A stretch of 64,000 nt of DNA, taken from the NCBI RefSeq assembly GCF_036321535.1, contig NC_087436.1, positions 23,934,001 through 23,998,000 of the forward strand. Reading direction: 5' to 3'. Numbering within the stretch: the first letter of the stretch is position 1; each line of letters opens with the position of its first letter. Shown in pieces: positions 1 through 12,900 of this stretch. Position numbers and translations under genes: made by a program. This stretch comes from Camelus dromedarius (lineage: Eukaryota). The notes beneath the pieces were generated by a model, which worked only from the letters and a program-made list of their open reading frames with translations, ran no database searches and had not been told where the DNA came from.

Positions 1-739
1 CCACATGAGTTGGGGGAGGAGGGGTAGCCCAGAGAATATAATTTAATAGGTTGCTCTTATATGAATAAATAGATATCCTTTCTTTGGAGAAGTAAGGATG
101 GATTCTACCAGGGAGGTAATGCCACTCCTCCTTATTAGCATTCTTAAAGAAAATAGTTCTATCAGAGGAACAATTCCACCATTCAAAGAAATGTTAATAG
201 TGTTAGTAGCTTCTAAAAATCTTGTAACAAACAAAAAGACAGGCTTTTGGCATAGTCTGGCACTGAGTACATTGCATTAATCTTTAGTCTTCTTGCTATC
301 TGGGTGACTTATATATACAAAGTGCGTGACATTTTTAATGCTTTATATCTGAAAATACAATCCAGAACAGAAAAGCTTGTGTAATCTTGGTTAATTCACT
401 TAAACTCTGTGCAGTTGTGAGATAGTATTATTGTAGAATGTTGTAATTCATAGTATATTCATTTATAAGGAACAGAAAGAACTCAGTGTTGAACAGAATT
501 TCTTTCCTTAATATTTTAAACCTGAATTGGTGTTAGGACATCAGCTTAAATCTTTGTTCCAAAATCATCTACCCTGTGTTAAATATGCTCTTTGTAAAGG
601 ATACCATTTGCCCGTTGTTAAGGGAGGCTTGAGTACACTCACAATAGACATGTCCACATCCTTCCATGCCTTTTGCATCGCCCTCCTCCTTTCAATGTTC
701 ACCAACATTGCCCTGGTTAAGGTTGTACAGTATCTTTGA

Positions 740-1355
740 AGTAACCTCCCCTCTGATCTCCAATACTTCCTCTTTCTAAGACTCCTTTAAAAAATTGATT
801 ACATGTCACTTCTTTGGTCAGAAAACTTGGATGGCCTCCCAATACTTCAGACTAAAATAAAAACTTCTTACATGACATTCAAAGCCCTAAAGACTCAGAT
901 TCCAAGCTCCCATCCAGGCCTTGCCCCGGCTGCATCTTTACATCTCCCCACATCTGGTCTCACTGGACCACCGGCAGCCCACACCCAGACTGGATTTGCC
1001 TGCTCTTCACCTTTCTTAGTTCACAAGATTCCCTCTGTCTAGACTGTATATTTCCCTCTGCCCACCCTTGCTATGAAATGCTACCCTTCAAGGCTCAGTT
1101 CAGATAACTTTTGTGAAGCCTTCCCTGGTTCAGGCCACTTCATCCTGCCCCCTCATCAATTGTAATCCTCCCAACGTTTCTGCAGGAGACTGTGTGGTCC
1201 TCTCTTACAATATTTGACATATTCTGCCTTATATTATTTTCGGTTGTGTGATGAAAGCTCCTTTAAAGGAAAAACCATATTTCACAGCATTTCGCCTCCC
1301 CTTTGGCACTTAGTCAACTGCCTTTCACATAGTAGACTCAACAAATGAAATAAAT
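740..1355 (+). mobile_element. L2 LINE 3' fragment
   Basis: L2-like blocks (aaaacttcttacatgacattcaaagccct; cccttcaaggctcagttc...gtgaagccttccctg) and tail cacatagtagactcaacaaatgaaataaat. Confidence 0.65.
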
Positions 1356-1529
1356 TGGACTATATTTAAAAGAATTGTACTTGATGATCTCTAAGGCCAC
1401 TTTCTAGCATTAAAAAGTCTTGGTTATATGAAGTAAACCTAAGCCAACTCTTTCTGAATTGGTAAAAATTAGATACAGCTGCAAAAACAGAGGTTCCCCA
1501 CCCCCATCCTCGCCTCCTCACTCCCACAA

Positions 1530-1950
1530 TAGTGATTTAAAAATACCATAGTTTATTTTTCTTTCTCATAAAAGAAGTACAGGAGTATGCAGTCCAGGGC
1601 TAGAGTGGCAGCTTCAGAAAGTCAAGAACTCAGGCTTCTTCCAGCTCTCTACTGTGCCATCCCTAGGTTTCGGCCCTTGAGGTCTGTAATGGCTTCTAGA
1701 GCTCCAGCCATCACAAAAGAGTTCCAGGTAAAACTTTCAAGAACAGAAGAGCCCTCTTTGAAGAAAATCTCCGAGAAGCTCCACCCATACTTTCCCTTAC
1801 ATCTTACTTACTTGCATCACTTACATCACTTAGTGTCTTGGCCACCTTTATCTGCAAGAGAAGTTGGGGATTATAGCTTTTTAGCTGGACAGCAGTGGGC
1901 CCAGTTAAAAATGGAGAAAATGGATACTTGATAGGCAACTAGTAATCTTA
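1530..1950. mobile_element. Old MaLR LTR (MLT1J/K-like), diverged
   Basis: cttacatctt...ttagtgtcttggccacctttatctgcaagagaagttggggattatagctttttagctgg resembles the old-MLT1 core. Confidence 0.55.
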
Positions 1951-1959
1951 GCTGCATTC

Positions 1960-2540
1960 TTTTTTTCCCCCAGCTTTACTGAGATATAATTGACAGATAA
2001 CATTGTGTAAGTCTAAGATGTACAACATGTTTATTTGACACATTTCTATATTGCACAATGGTTACCACCATAGCATTAGCTAACACCTTTATCACCTCAG
2101 GTAAATTACCTTTTTTTTTATGGTAAGGACATTTAAGATCTACTCTCTTAACAACTTTCAAGCATCTAATACAGTATTATTACCTATAATCACCCAGGTC
2201 TTCGTTAGATCCACAGAAATTGTTAATCTTACAACTGGAAGTTTGCACCTTTTCACCAACATCTCCCCATTTCCTCATCCCTAGTCACTGGTAACCACCA
2301 TTCTGCCCTGTTTCTCTGAGTTTACCTTTTACAGATTCCACATATAAGCGAGATCACAAAGTATTTGTCTTTCTCTGTCTGACTTATTTCACTTACCATA
2401 ATGCCCTCCAGCTCATCCGAGTTGTTGCAAACAGCAGGATTTCCTTCTTGCTGATGACTGAGCAGTATTCCAGTGTGTGTGTGTATATCACATCTTTATT
2501 CATTCATCCACTGACAGACACTTTGGTTGCTTCCATACCA
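1960..2540 (-). mobile_element. L1 3' end (L1MA-like)
   Basis: T-run then cagctttactgagatataattgac...ctggtaaccaccattct...ctgacttatttcactta, the typical antisense L1MA 3' UTR. Confidence 0.85.
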
Positions 2541-3119
2541 GCACCGTTCTTAATGGTCATTTTAAAACTGGGAGGATTTCATTCTATCAGTTCCTCTTCC
2601 AGCTATATAGGGGAAAGGATTGGAGACAACTTGGAGCAAAGAACTGGTGAAAAAATGCAACATGTTTATCTTTCTTTCAATATCTGAGAAAAGAAACCCA
2701 GAAATAACCATGGAAAAGCATGCAGTGAACTCATTGATCCTAGTTTCCATTCAACTAAAACTGTGAAGAAGAGGGACCCCTGTTGCCACCACAGATTCCA
2801 TAGGAAGCCAAAATAGAGGGTGGCTCTACAGGAAAATTGGCTGCCTGCTAGGATTCCTATCTGAGTTTGTAATGTAATATCCCAGTGAAAGGGGAAACAT
2901 TTTAGGATCATTTATTCTCAGCACAGGAATGATGGTGCTTCTTGAGGTTGAATTTGGTACCTCACCTTCAGGTGTGTTGTCATTAATTTATTGGGATCTT
3001 TTACGTATCCCTTAGCATAGCATCTTTCCAAATAGTGCTTCATTCCACACTTTTTAAAATGCACTGACTTCCAAAAGTGTGAAAGGCAAAAGCTCTAAAG
3101 CAGAGAGTTAAGTAGGAAG

Positions 3120-3530
3120 CTTTGAATTGGCACAGTTAATAAAAAATTAAGGATTGCTCTGAGACACTTCAGGCAAAGCTAAGCAAACTAGGGGATTGGG
3201 TAGTGTGAAAGCAGATGAAATTTAATTTGGTTAAGTATAAAATAATGCACTTTGGGAAAAATAATCTAAACTTCTCATAATCTCTGATAGGCTCTGAACT
3301 CATAGTAAAATAATTTAAGAGTCATGGCTGATAACTTGGGGAAAATATCTGTCTGGTATCCAGCAGCAATTTAAAAAACCAATAGGATGCTTGGGGGGGT
3401 TAAAAGAAAAGATAATATAGAAAATTTAAGATAACATATAAAACATTAGTGCTATTCTGTGTCCAGTTTTGGTTATCATAGGAGATATTAAATCCCAGAG
3501 AAGGGACTTGAAAACAGTTTAGGAAAGTAG
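3120..3530 (+). mobile_element. CR1/L3 LINE ORF2 relic
   Basis: 3212-3301 translates QMKFNLVKYKIMHFGKNNLNFS*SLIGSEL, matching the CR1 post-RT motif WQMxFNxxKCKVMHxG; a KKANxMLG-like block follows near 3370-3395. Confidence 0.7.
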
Positions 3531-4334
3531 TGCGACTTGGGATTTATATAAGCTTACTGACTTGGAAAATGGCATTTTGGAAGAAAGTAGAAGAGATGAA
3601 ATACAGAGAAGAGGAAGAGCATTTTAGAAAGGGATGCTTCCTCCTTGGTTCTGGTGTCCATGATAGGAGAAGGCCACACTTAGTGAATTCAACAAAAAAA
3701 AGAATGTGAAACAAGAATTTATAGAAGATGATCTTTAACCAGTGTTCCTTCAAGTTGTAGATCACCCTGTTCCAGGAGGGGACTTGTATTTGATTAGGGG
3801 GCACAGAATCACATTAACATGTGTGTCTGTTCAGCTGAGAATGAGTAAGTGAAGTGTAGGGAAATTCCCCGTGGGGTACCTGACCCAGTGGGGCTACAGA
3901 ATGGGGAAGGCTCAGCTGAGCGCTGCCTGCAGCCCGGGAGAGAAAACGCAACCAAGAGGCTCGGCAGCCAAACCCAATTAAGTCGTGTCCACGTTTCTCT
4001 TAGACACAGAATATTTATTTTTCCTCTGACTGTGCTCTCATGATTCAGCGCTTCCTACAGCACCAGTTGGCAGGGATACTTCCGAAAAGCAGAGGGTGTT
4101 CAGACTCTGCCAAAGGACATCTCTGGATGGATGAGAAGCAGGGTGAGGAAGCAAGGCTAGGAACACATATCATCTCCCTGAAATCAATACATTGTGCTCG
4201 CTTTCTCCAGTGGAAACTGTACTAGCATTAACCTGGCCCTTGACCCCGCTTTAACCTCACCTCCTGAAACACATAATCCTGGGTTATCCATTTTCCAAAT
4301 ATAAGTAACTGCTGAGCCGTGCTTCCTGCTGGGA

Positions 4335-4368
4335 ACACAGCCTGCCCAGGGACACAGCCTGCCCAGGG
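4335..4368. repeat. Perfect 17-bp tandem duplication (ACACAGCCTGCCCAGGG x2)
   Basis: Read directly. Confidence 0.9.
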
Positions 4369-4748
4369 ATGGCAGGACTGTCGTATTGACAGATATGTCT
4401 GTTACCAGCTGACACCTTGGAGAACCGATTGATTGGTTCAAACAAAAATCTAGAGATTTATTTGAAGGGCCAGTGAGGTCCTTTACAGCATTTTCTCAGT
4501 TCAAGATGTCAGTTCTGCCTTAAGAACAGGAAGCCAGAGAGCAGCCACTCTTTTACAGGTATTTTGCCTGACAGAAAACCCAATTTCTACCTAATCTCTG
4601 TGAAATTAGCATCTGGGCTGAGATGTATGGGTCTTCTTAAGACAGATCACTGAAAATGATGCTTGAAATCCTCCAGATACTGTGAAATGCCCCCCTTACC
4701 CCTCTATTGTTTCTCACATCCTTGAAGCACACTAGTACTCATCGTCCC

Positions 4749-5120
4749 TGTATTAGTTTGCTCAGGATGCTGTAACAATGCACCACAAACTGAGAGGCTC
4801 AAACAACAGAATTTATTTCCTCACAGTTCTGGTGGCTGGAAGTGCATGATTAAGCATTAATCTCTTCTGAGAGACAGTCTCCTTGGCTTGTAGATGGCCA
4901 TCTTCTTCCAGTGTCTTCACAAGTTCTTCCCTCTGTGTGTATCTGTGTCCTAACTGCTTTTATAAGGACACCAGTCATACTGGATTAGGACCCACCTGAA
5001 AGGTCTCATGTAACCTTAATTACCTCTTTAGAGATCCTGTGTCTAATACAGTCACATTCTGAGGTACAAGGGGTTAGGACTTCAGCATATGAATTTGGTG
5101 GGGGACACCATGCAGCCCAA
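4749..5120 (-). mobile_element. MaLR solo LTR (MLT1A/B-like)
   Basis: tgtattagtttgct...ccacaaactg...ctcacagttctgg...aaggacaccagtcatactggattagg...gtcacattctgaggtac...ggggacac, nearly full length. Confidence 0.88.
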
Positions 5121-7683
5121 ATTAAAAATCAGGATTTAGTGACATTCCGTGGTCCGCGTGGCAAGTAACTATTGGAATTGAAATTCACAACCCCCAGCCT
5201 TCTCACAGGCATGAGAGGCTTGCAAACCACAAGTTGGTCCCCACTCATTTGTCAATCAAGGAGCTTTCTTAAAACACAGAGTAGTTCTGGGACTAAAAAC
5301 CCTCAGTAGCATTTTTAATTCAGGAAATCCATTTGTTTTATCACAGAAAAAGCAAAAATCAGTGAGGAGCTACGTGAACGAGGGGACAGATCTCTCCACA
5401 CACCGCCTCGGGCGCTGGGTAGCCATATTGTTCTTGCTGGGTGATAGCTTTCCAAACAATGCTCTGCAGTGTGACACCAGCTGAGCAACAGCCCAGCAAC
5501 CACATGCAGCCTGTTCTTGTCAGTGGGCATCACCGTCTTCCATACAAAAATAAAAAGCCGCATTTCCTACCCAATTCACTCATCAGGAACACTCTGATCC
5601 CAGACCAAGTCTTGGTAACCATTTTATTCCTCCTCACAGCCTTTCCAGGGGAGTTAGGACTACGGCTCCGCTGTCGGTTTTACTTTCTGCCCAGAGCCTG
5701 ACTAGAATGAACTCTGCTGTTTAAATAGCAAAATTTCATCCATGCTCTTGATATCAGGATCCAGCTATGCCTGGGAGAGCCCAGAAGCTGAGGGGCAGCT
5801 GATGTGCAGACAACGGACACCCCAGAGGCATGTGGCAGGGTGGCTGTCCTTTAGGAAGCTGGGTGTCAGCTCTGGGCTCCTAAGCTTTTGTGTCCAAGGT
5901 AGCCTTCTAAACCTGTCCGATATTTCTCTGGTGGCAACAAAGAAATGAAGCAAGAGAGCCCCTCAGGCCCCGATTTTAGAAGCCCCCACTGATCAGAGGC
6001 AAAAAACAGAGGGCTACTGCCTTGGCCAACCCATAGCCCGAAGTGAAGGCCCTAGAAAAATGGAGAAAATATGGCACTGGGGAACTAAATATGAACAGGC
6101 AGGAATTTTAAAAAGCAGTGCAAACGTGATTCCTCTGTAAGGAAGGGAAAGAGATCCTGGAGAAAGGAGATACGCACGCACACACACGGGCACACACACG
6201 TGCACGCATTCACATTCACAACACACAGGAAACATTGGTGTTCATGCAGTAGCCGCCTAAGGCCATACAGAAATATTCTTTGCAAGCAGAGGTAAATTGC
6301 ACTAGGAAGAGAAGAGAGAAGGGGTGGAAAGGGGGCCCCAGAGCCTCCTAGGTAACCCTGGAGCCCCCTAACCAGACACTGTGCTTGCGCACATGCAGTT
6401 GGCTCGTCCTATCACTCGCCAGGATTGCTTGGAATGCCGCTGGAGATGCAGAACGGTTTTAGCAACAGGAAGTTGTAAGTGTTCTGCTTAAAATACTTCA
6501 GGCTGTGTGTGTGAGAGAGAAAGAGGGAGTCTGTGTGTTGATAAGAGGAACGCTTGTGTGGAGGCACCCAGGCAGGCTAGTGGGCAGCCGGGTGGGCATC
6601 AGGCTGGTCCGGCCTAGCTGGCTCCTCTCTGCAACAAAGCCTCCCTTGTTCTGCACAGCCATTTTCCTGGAATGGCAAAACCAAGGGTCTTTTCTTTTCT
6701 CCTCCGTCTTCTCTTGCACTGAGGAAAGCAGTTGTGTGTGAATGCTCAGGAAAGTAAACATATGCATTTTAATATCCGTGGCTCCCCCACAGTCAGTGAG
6801 CTATTTCCTCCACCCAGGTGGAAAAAGGATGGCGGGCCTCTCTGACATGCTGGTTAGTCTGAAAACAGACCGCTAAATGCATAATGAAGAGCCTCCGAGG
6901 AGTCAATCTGCATGTTAAAATGGTGTTCAGCAGCCCGGGCTGTCACACAACATAATTTGAAGATGAATGTGCATCCAATCAGACGGCCAATCGCTGATGG
7001 GCAGGGTCCTGGCTAGGAGGATTACCTGTCTGCACGTGGCAGCCGGGCTTCTGGGGGGCCACAAGTTCACCACCACCTATCTGTGACAAGACAGATGGAC
7101 TCTCTCCTGGCCCTGCCCAAATTTGCACGGTCAGATGGATGCCAGGAGACAGCATGAACTAGCAAGGAGCAGTTAAGGAAGTGGCTGTTGATCCCAACAG
7201 AAAGACACGGGGCTATCAGCAAGCTGGAGTCCAGAGGCTGCTGGCGATAACAAAGGAAAGTGTTCCACTCGAAACTTGGAAGCAGAGAAGCCCCCACTGT
7301 GCAGCCCGGCACTGGCAGGTACAGCCCACCACGCAGCCTGGGCTGCGGCCACCACCGCCATTCCCAGCCAGTAGCTGCCTTCGCGGGAATGGTGTAGCAG
7401 GCACCACTTTTGTCTCTGAACATTTGACAGGAATCAAGACCTGACTCCAAGGGCAGGACATCACAGGCACACAGTAACACTGGGGAGATGAGGTTAGAGC
7501 AGAGAAATTAGCCATCTGCCTGGCAAAGACTGTATCCTCGAGGTGGCATTTACATAGAAACAACAGGCTACACGTAACCATTTCCATTGTCCTGTGCCAC
7601 AGCTAGTCGAGCACAAAAGGGCTTATAAGGACCACGTTGTCTCTGAGGCCCCTGTACTGAGGGAGGCTGCATGTGCTGGGTTT

Positions 7684-7707
7684 TTTGTTGTTGTTGTTGT
7701 TGTTGTT
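7684..7707. repeat. (TTG)n microsatellite
   Basis: Read directly. Confidence 0.9.
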
Positions 7708-9849
7708 TTCCAATTGTAAATACGTGATGGAGCTGCAGCTAAATGCCAAGCCCCGGGGAAGGATTCACTTTAGCTGGAGGTTTTCTGCATTGCTCCCTTC
7801 TTGAGGTTCCCAGACACTGAAAATAGGCAGCCTACAGCCAAATCTGGCGCGTAGGAAAGAACAGCAGATAAAACTGTAAGGCCCCACGTGGGATGTTGTA
7901 AATCCCCACGTGAAAGATAGAGAGGAAAACTGCTTCTGGGTGAGGAGTGATTCCCAAATTGAGCCCCAGACACGTTCTAGCCCGCCCACAGCTGTGGGGT
8001 TGACAGCAGAGCCCCCTGTTTAAACTAAGCCTCACCCCCAGATGCTGCGGGTTCCAGGCACACACACCGCTGGGCTCCGTCCAGCTCCATCCTCCTCCGC
8101 AGAGAAAAGCACAGCCCACAGGTGCTCTGGGCCGCTGTGCCATTCACACACGCGAGGTGTGAGGAAGGCTCACGTCCACTTAGCATGGGTACTGCCCTCT
8201 CTGAGAGCCTGTTAACGTGGGGAGAGCCAACCGAGCAAGTCTTTTTTACAGAGGTTTGTGAGCCAACTCTTGTCTCTGTGTCCACATGAACTGTAAGTTT
8301 CACTATGCCAGGTTGGCCCAAAAGTCACTCAAGTTCTTCCAAAAATGTTTTGGCTGCTTTTTAAAAACCAATTTGACTAAAAATGATTTATGAGTTGGGC
8401 ATATAGATCTAGCCTTAATTCTTGAATGTCATCATTTTTCCTCTCCCTTCCATGTCCTACCAAGTTACCTCAATGCTTGTGTTCCGTAGTATAGTTCCCC
8501 GTGGTCCCCCCACATCTTTCTCTATCCAGTCAGATAAAGCTTCTGTTGGACCAAACGGATAATCAAATGTCTTAGTTAATCAGATGACATAAACGGGGTG
8601 CTTACAGGTGGGGACAATGTTGTGAAGGGATTTTGTCATCCTCACCATTTTATGCTGGTCATTTTACTGAATTGCCTTGACCTTAGGTTGTGCACTATTC
8701 GAGAAGAGGCAGTATCACCATGAATGGAGTAGCAGGCATCAAAACTAGTGCCTAAACATGAAATAAGCTTGGCTTGTGTTCAGTGTCCTGGAAGTAAAAC
8801 CACAGTTCACTGCCCTGTGGGGGAAGTGAATATTTTACCTCCATTTGCCCACCTATGACAGTAGAATAATAATCACTAATCTTGCCTAATTCAAGAACAA
8901 ATAAGACTAGTGCAGAGAAAACGGCCAAAATGGGTGTGCAGTGCAGCTTGTTTGTATGAATGCTCCAAATCATTAGAATCAAGCTCTTACCATAAATCTG
9001 ATCTAGTAGTAGAAATGCGACTTCAATGTAAAGCCCATGAAGTTTATCAAATTTAATCTCCACACCTCAACCTTTCAATCTATAGAACTCCCAGTTTTAT
9101 ATCAATTTGTGGGTTTAAAGGGCTTTCCCACTCATTGTTCACACCCCAAAAGCTCAGCGAGTGAGTTGTGCAGCATAAATTCTGATCCAAATTGGAAAGG
9201 GTGGGTCATGTTGCTTCATGTTTTAGTGTTTCTGGGTTTTCTTCTGCAACTTCATTTTTCAACGATGACATACAACACATTTTGAGGATAGTAAATAAAT
9301 CGAGAACTTAGAATTCATAATATGCAATGCAAGCAACATCCAGAGGCTCATGCATTTTAGGTAAGAAGTTAGTGGAACAGTTGTAGTGATTGTTAAGCCC
9401 TGAAATTACGATTTCAGTGACCCTATAAGCAAGGGTGAATTCTTGGAGCTTCTGGAATTCTTTGTCATCAGAGATGGGAGACACGTGCATAGCCTCATGG
9501 AGGATAAAGTGCAGCTCTGTCAGGGATCACTGGTGAGGAATGATGAAAAGGTAGCAAATTTAGGGTAAAGCATCCCACGTGCCTTTTGCAGTTTGGTGGA
9601 ATAAAAGCACAGTTGTGGGCTTTCATTGAAAAATTCGAGATTAGGTCAGAGTTTGTCCTTGGTTTGCGATTCCTCAAGCTGCATCACAGATCTGTGGTAC
9701 CCACTTTTTGCAGAGATGCACGGCACCCAGAGAATTTTTAAATTCTAACAGACCTAATTCTCTTCTTCACCACAAAGGTAGCCATCATCTCAGAAGCTGT
9801 GAACAGAGAAGGAAGGGCCTCTTGGCATCAAGTGAGTTTTCTGGATCAG

Positions 9850-10130
9850 GGCCATCTGATACAATTTCCTGGGATGTGAAAGATGTTCTTTATCTGCACG
9901 GTCCCACGCAATAGGCACTAGCCACAGGTGGTTATGAGCACTCAAAAAGTGACTAGTGCACTGAAGACTGAGGAACTGACTTTTTAATTTAAATGTCAGC
10001 AGTAGGGGATGGGGGGTATAGCTCAGTGGTAGAGCATGTTCTTGGCGTGCACGGGGTTCTGGGTTCAATCCCCAGTACCTGTGTTAAGGAAAAAAAATGT
10101 AAATAGTAGCACTGCATTGGACAGCACGGC
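9850..10130. mobile_element. MER3-like hAT-Charlie element interrupted by a SINE
   Basis: cactagccacaggtggttatgagcactcaaaaagtgactagtg...gactgaggaactgac; resumes after the SINE with gcattggacagcacgg. Confidence 0.7.
10006..10097 (+). mobile_element. tRNA-Ala-derived SINE (vic-1-like), short form
   Basis: A box tagctcagtggtag, B box ggttcaatcc, A tail; decayed TSD aaatgtcagcagtag / aaatgtaaatagtag. Confidence 0.85.
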
Positions 10131-11569
10131 TCCCAATTTTCATGCGCTTCTTCAGGAGCCTGAGAGTCAGAAACAGCACCTCAGCCGCCTGGAAGCACAA
10201 GAACAGCAGAGTGCACGAATTGACAGAGGACAGCACTTACACGGGCGACATATGGCTTGTGCCCTGCAAAATAAACTAAGACTAATCTGTGACAGAGCAG
10301 GGGAGAAGCCTTCCCCAGTCGGCCTCCCCTCCTCCACTCATTCTAATTGCAGAGAGTGGAGAGGGGGCCTATGTAGTCAAGCCTGGTTATTGTCAAGCTC
10401 AATTTGCCATGACTTTTATTTTCCAATAAGCAATCTGGCCAGCTGTGGCTGAAAATGAAATCACCAAAGCGGACAGTCCCTCACCCATCCTCCAGTTATT
10501 GATTTATAAAGAATCCAGCCCCTGCTCCAGTCTGTCATCATATCCTATGGTCATATGTATCACTGGCAAATCCCAGGGTACCGATAGAGCCCCAGAAATA
10601 CTTCTTGAAATGGACAGCAGACATTAACTTGTATTTCTAAATTTGAGGAGATTTTCCTGACCTTTCTCAAACATTTTAGAAACACTGTTAAATAGAATCA
10701 GGGCGATAAGCCTTAATAAACACGTTTAAACTTGTGACCACTTGGAGGGTTTTTTAGGGGGAGGAGGTCATAAATTCTTTTTAAAATTAAATTTGTAAAT
10801 TTATTTCAGTTTTCTTCAGTTACAGTCAGCCACCTGATGACAGATGACACTTCGGGATTTTGAAGTGAAGGGCAACAGAGCCTACTAAAAACCTACTAGA
10901 GTCTGCATTCTCTGAGGTCTGTGAGTCAATCAATCACTAACATTTATAGAGTCCCCAGTCTAAGACTGCCCTCAGCTCTTTGGGGAAATTAAGGGCAAAA
11001 ATAAAGTAGAAGCTGTTGACCCTGATCTTAAAGCCTCGGCTAACTGGCTGGGGCGATGGAAGGTCATTGTGTGCAGTACCTTCAGGAATCTTACAGTCAT
11101 GTCTTGCAGTGGTCCTCCCCACCCCTCCTTAGTCCAATTCTGATTCAAAGAAAGCAATGTGACGGTAGGTTTAGGATGACTCACAGCATTTCCTATGGGA
11201 ACCTGAAACCATCAGAGCCTTGTAAATGTTACAGAGGCAGAGCTAGGAATTAGCTTTCAGGACAAGCAAGGGAGCAGCTCTGCCTCTCGTGACTCCTTAG
11301 GAAAAAGAAAGAAAATAGACACCTCAGTTCATCCTAAGAGGTGATCCAGCTAAATGGTTTTTGAGTAGGGTAGTGGGTCTTACATCCCCATTCTTCTCTC
11401 CTTCTACTGTGACTGTCCTCCAAGATCGAAGGTCAGCCCTCTATGCTTTTTTTTACTCAGGGAAATTCCTAAAATTCCCTGACTGTAGTAAGGATGGTGC
11501 CCCACTTGGTTTTACTCTTCTCTAACACCAGTGGAGTAGGCTAGCCACCCCCCCGTCACACACATGCAC

Positions 11570-12365
11570 AATTCAAAGGTACACAGCCCAATGCATCAGG
11601 TACCTGTTTGTGGCTTGAGGACACCACTGGGAACAAGATAAAGTCCACAGTCTCAGACTGTACATGTCTAGTGCCTGGAGAAGGCCAGTGGAGTTGACAC
11701 TTGAGCTAAGACCGGATGGACAAAAAGGAGCCAGCCAAGTGAAGAGGTCAGACAGGAGTGTTCCCCACTGAGAAAGCAAAGGGTGCAAAGATGGAACAAA
11801 GCTGGCTTGTTCAGGAACAGCAAGGAAGTCAATGTGGCTAAAGTGAGCAGTGGGGAGAGAGGGATGGACGCGATGAGGACATGGCAGTAGGCAGGAGCCA
11901 GGTGATACAGGGCCTCAAAGGCCATGGGAAAGAGCATGAGTTTCATTCTAAGCATGATAGGAAGGTTTCGGATGGTGTTGAGCAGCGGAGCAATGTGATC
12001 TGACTTATGCTCTAAAAAGCAGCCCTATGAAGAGTGGATTGAAGGAGGATACAGGGATTCTCTTGGTTCAGGTCCAAGCAGGCAATGCCATGGCTTGGAT
12101 GGGGAAGGTGGTGGTGGAGACTGAGGAGTAGCCAAATTCAGACTTTGTTCTCGAGGTAGAGCTGACCAGAACAGAGCAGCTGAAGCACTGGACTAGGGTG
12201 GGTAGGGAAAGGAAGAAAATGTGAATGATTCCTAGATCTTTTTCTTTGGCCAACAGGGTCAACGTTAGCAGTGTTTACTGAAATAGAAAAGACTTTATGA
12301 GTGGCAGGAGTCAGGGTAAAAAGAACCAGAAATTGTGTTCTGGACATGGGAAGTCCAAGATCCAT
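11570..12365 (-). mobile_element. L2 LINE fragment
   Basis: Antisense L2 hallmarks: ttgagctaagacc, tgttcaggaacagcaaggaagtcaatgtggct, tttcattctaag, gtgatctgacttatg, tttactgaaatag. Confidence 0.8.
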
Positions 12366-12479
12366 AGTAGCCCATGAATAGTTTTTATTATCCTGCTGTT
12401 TTTCCTTCTAGTCAACTGAACGTGCTCCAGCTTTCTATTTAAGCCTCTTGTTATTTCTCATCAGCCTCCCTGCACATGG

Positions 12480-12900
12480 ATAAGCTGGTCAGTGCACCTC
12501 CAAAACCCTTCCTGTACTTGAATATGTCACTGTCACCCCTTAACCTTTTTTTCTCCAGGATAAACCCAATTCCTTTCATCTCACTTCGAGAGCCCTTTTT
12601 CTATCTCTTTAATCATGGCTGTTGCTGGCCTCTGGGTCCTCACCAGTGTTCTCCGTGTCATTTTGTAAATGCCAGAACCAAAGTAGGACACGGAATATCA
12701 GTCTAACGCTGATAAAACAGAAGGATTGTTTCCTGCCCTTTGTAAGTCATTTTTTAGCCACCCCGGGAGAGTGTCCTTTTCTTCCCGAACTCCTTGACTT
12801 GGATCCACCAGTGATCTCTGCCCCTTTGCTTCTGTCTATACTTGTGTTCTGCTATCTGGGGTTTGTGACTTTTGTTTGGGGGTTTAAGTGCTCCACTTTG
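12480..12900 (-). mobile_element. CR1/L3 LINE fragment
   Basis: ccttttttttctccaggataaacccaattcctt...atcatggctgttgct...ccagaaccaaagtaggacac resembles the antisense L3 ORF2 end. Confidence 0.55.
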
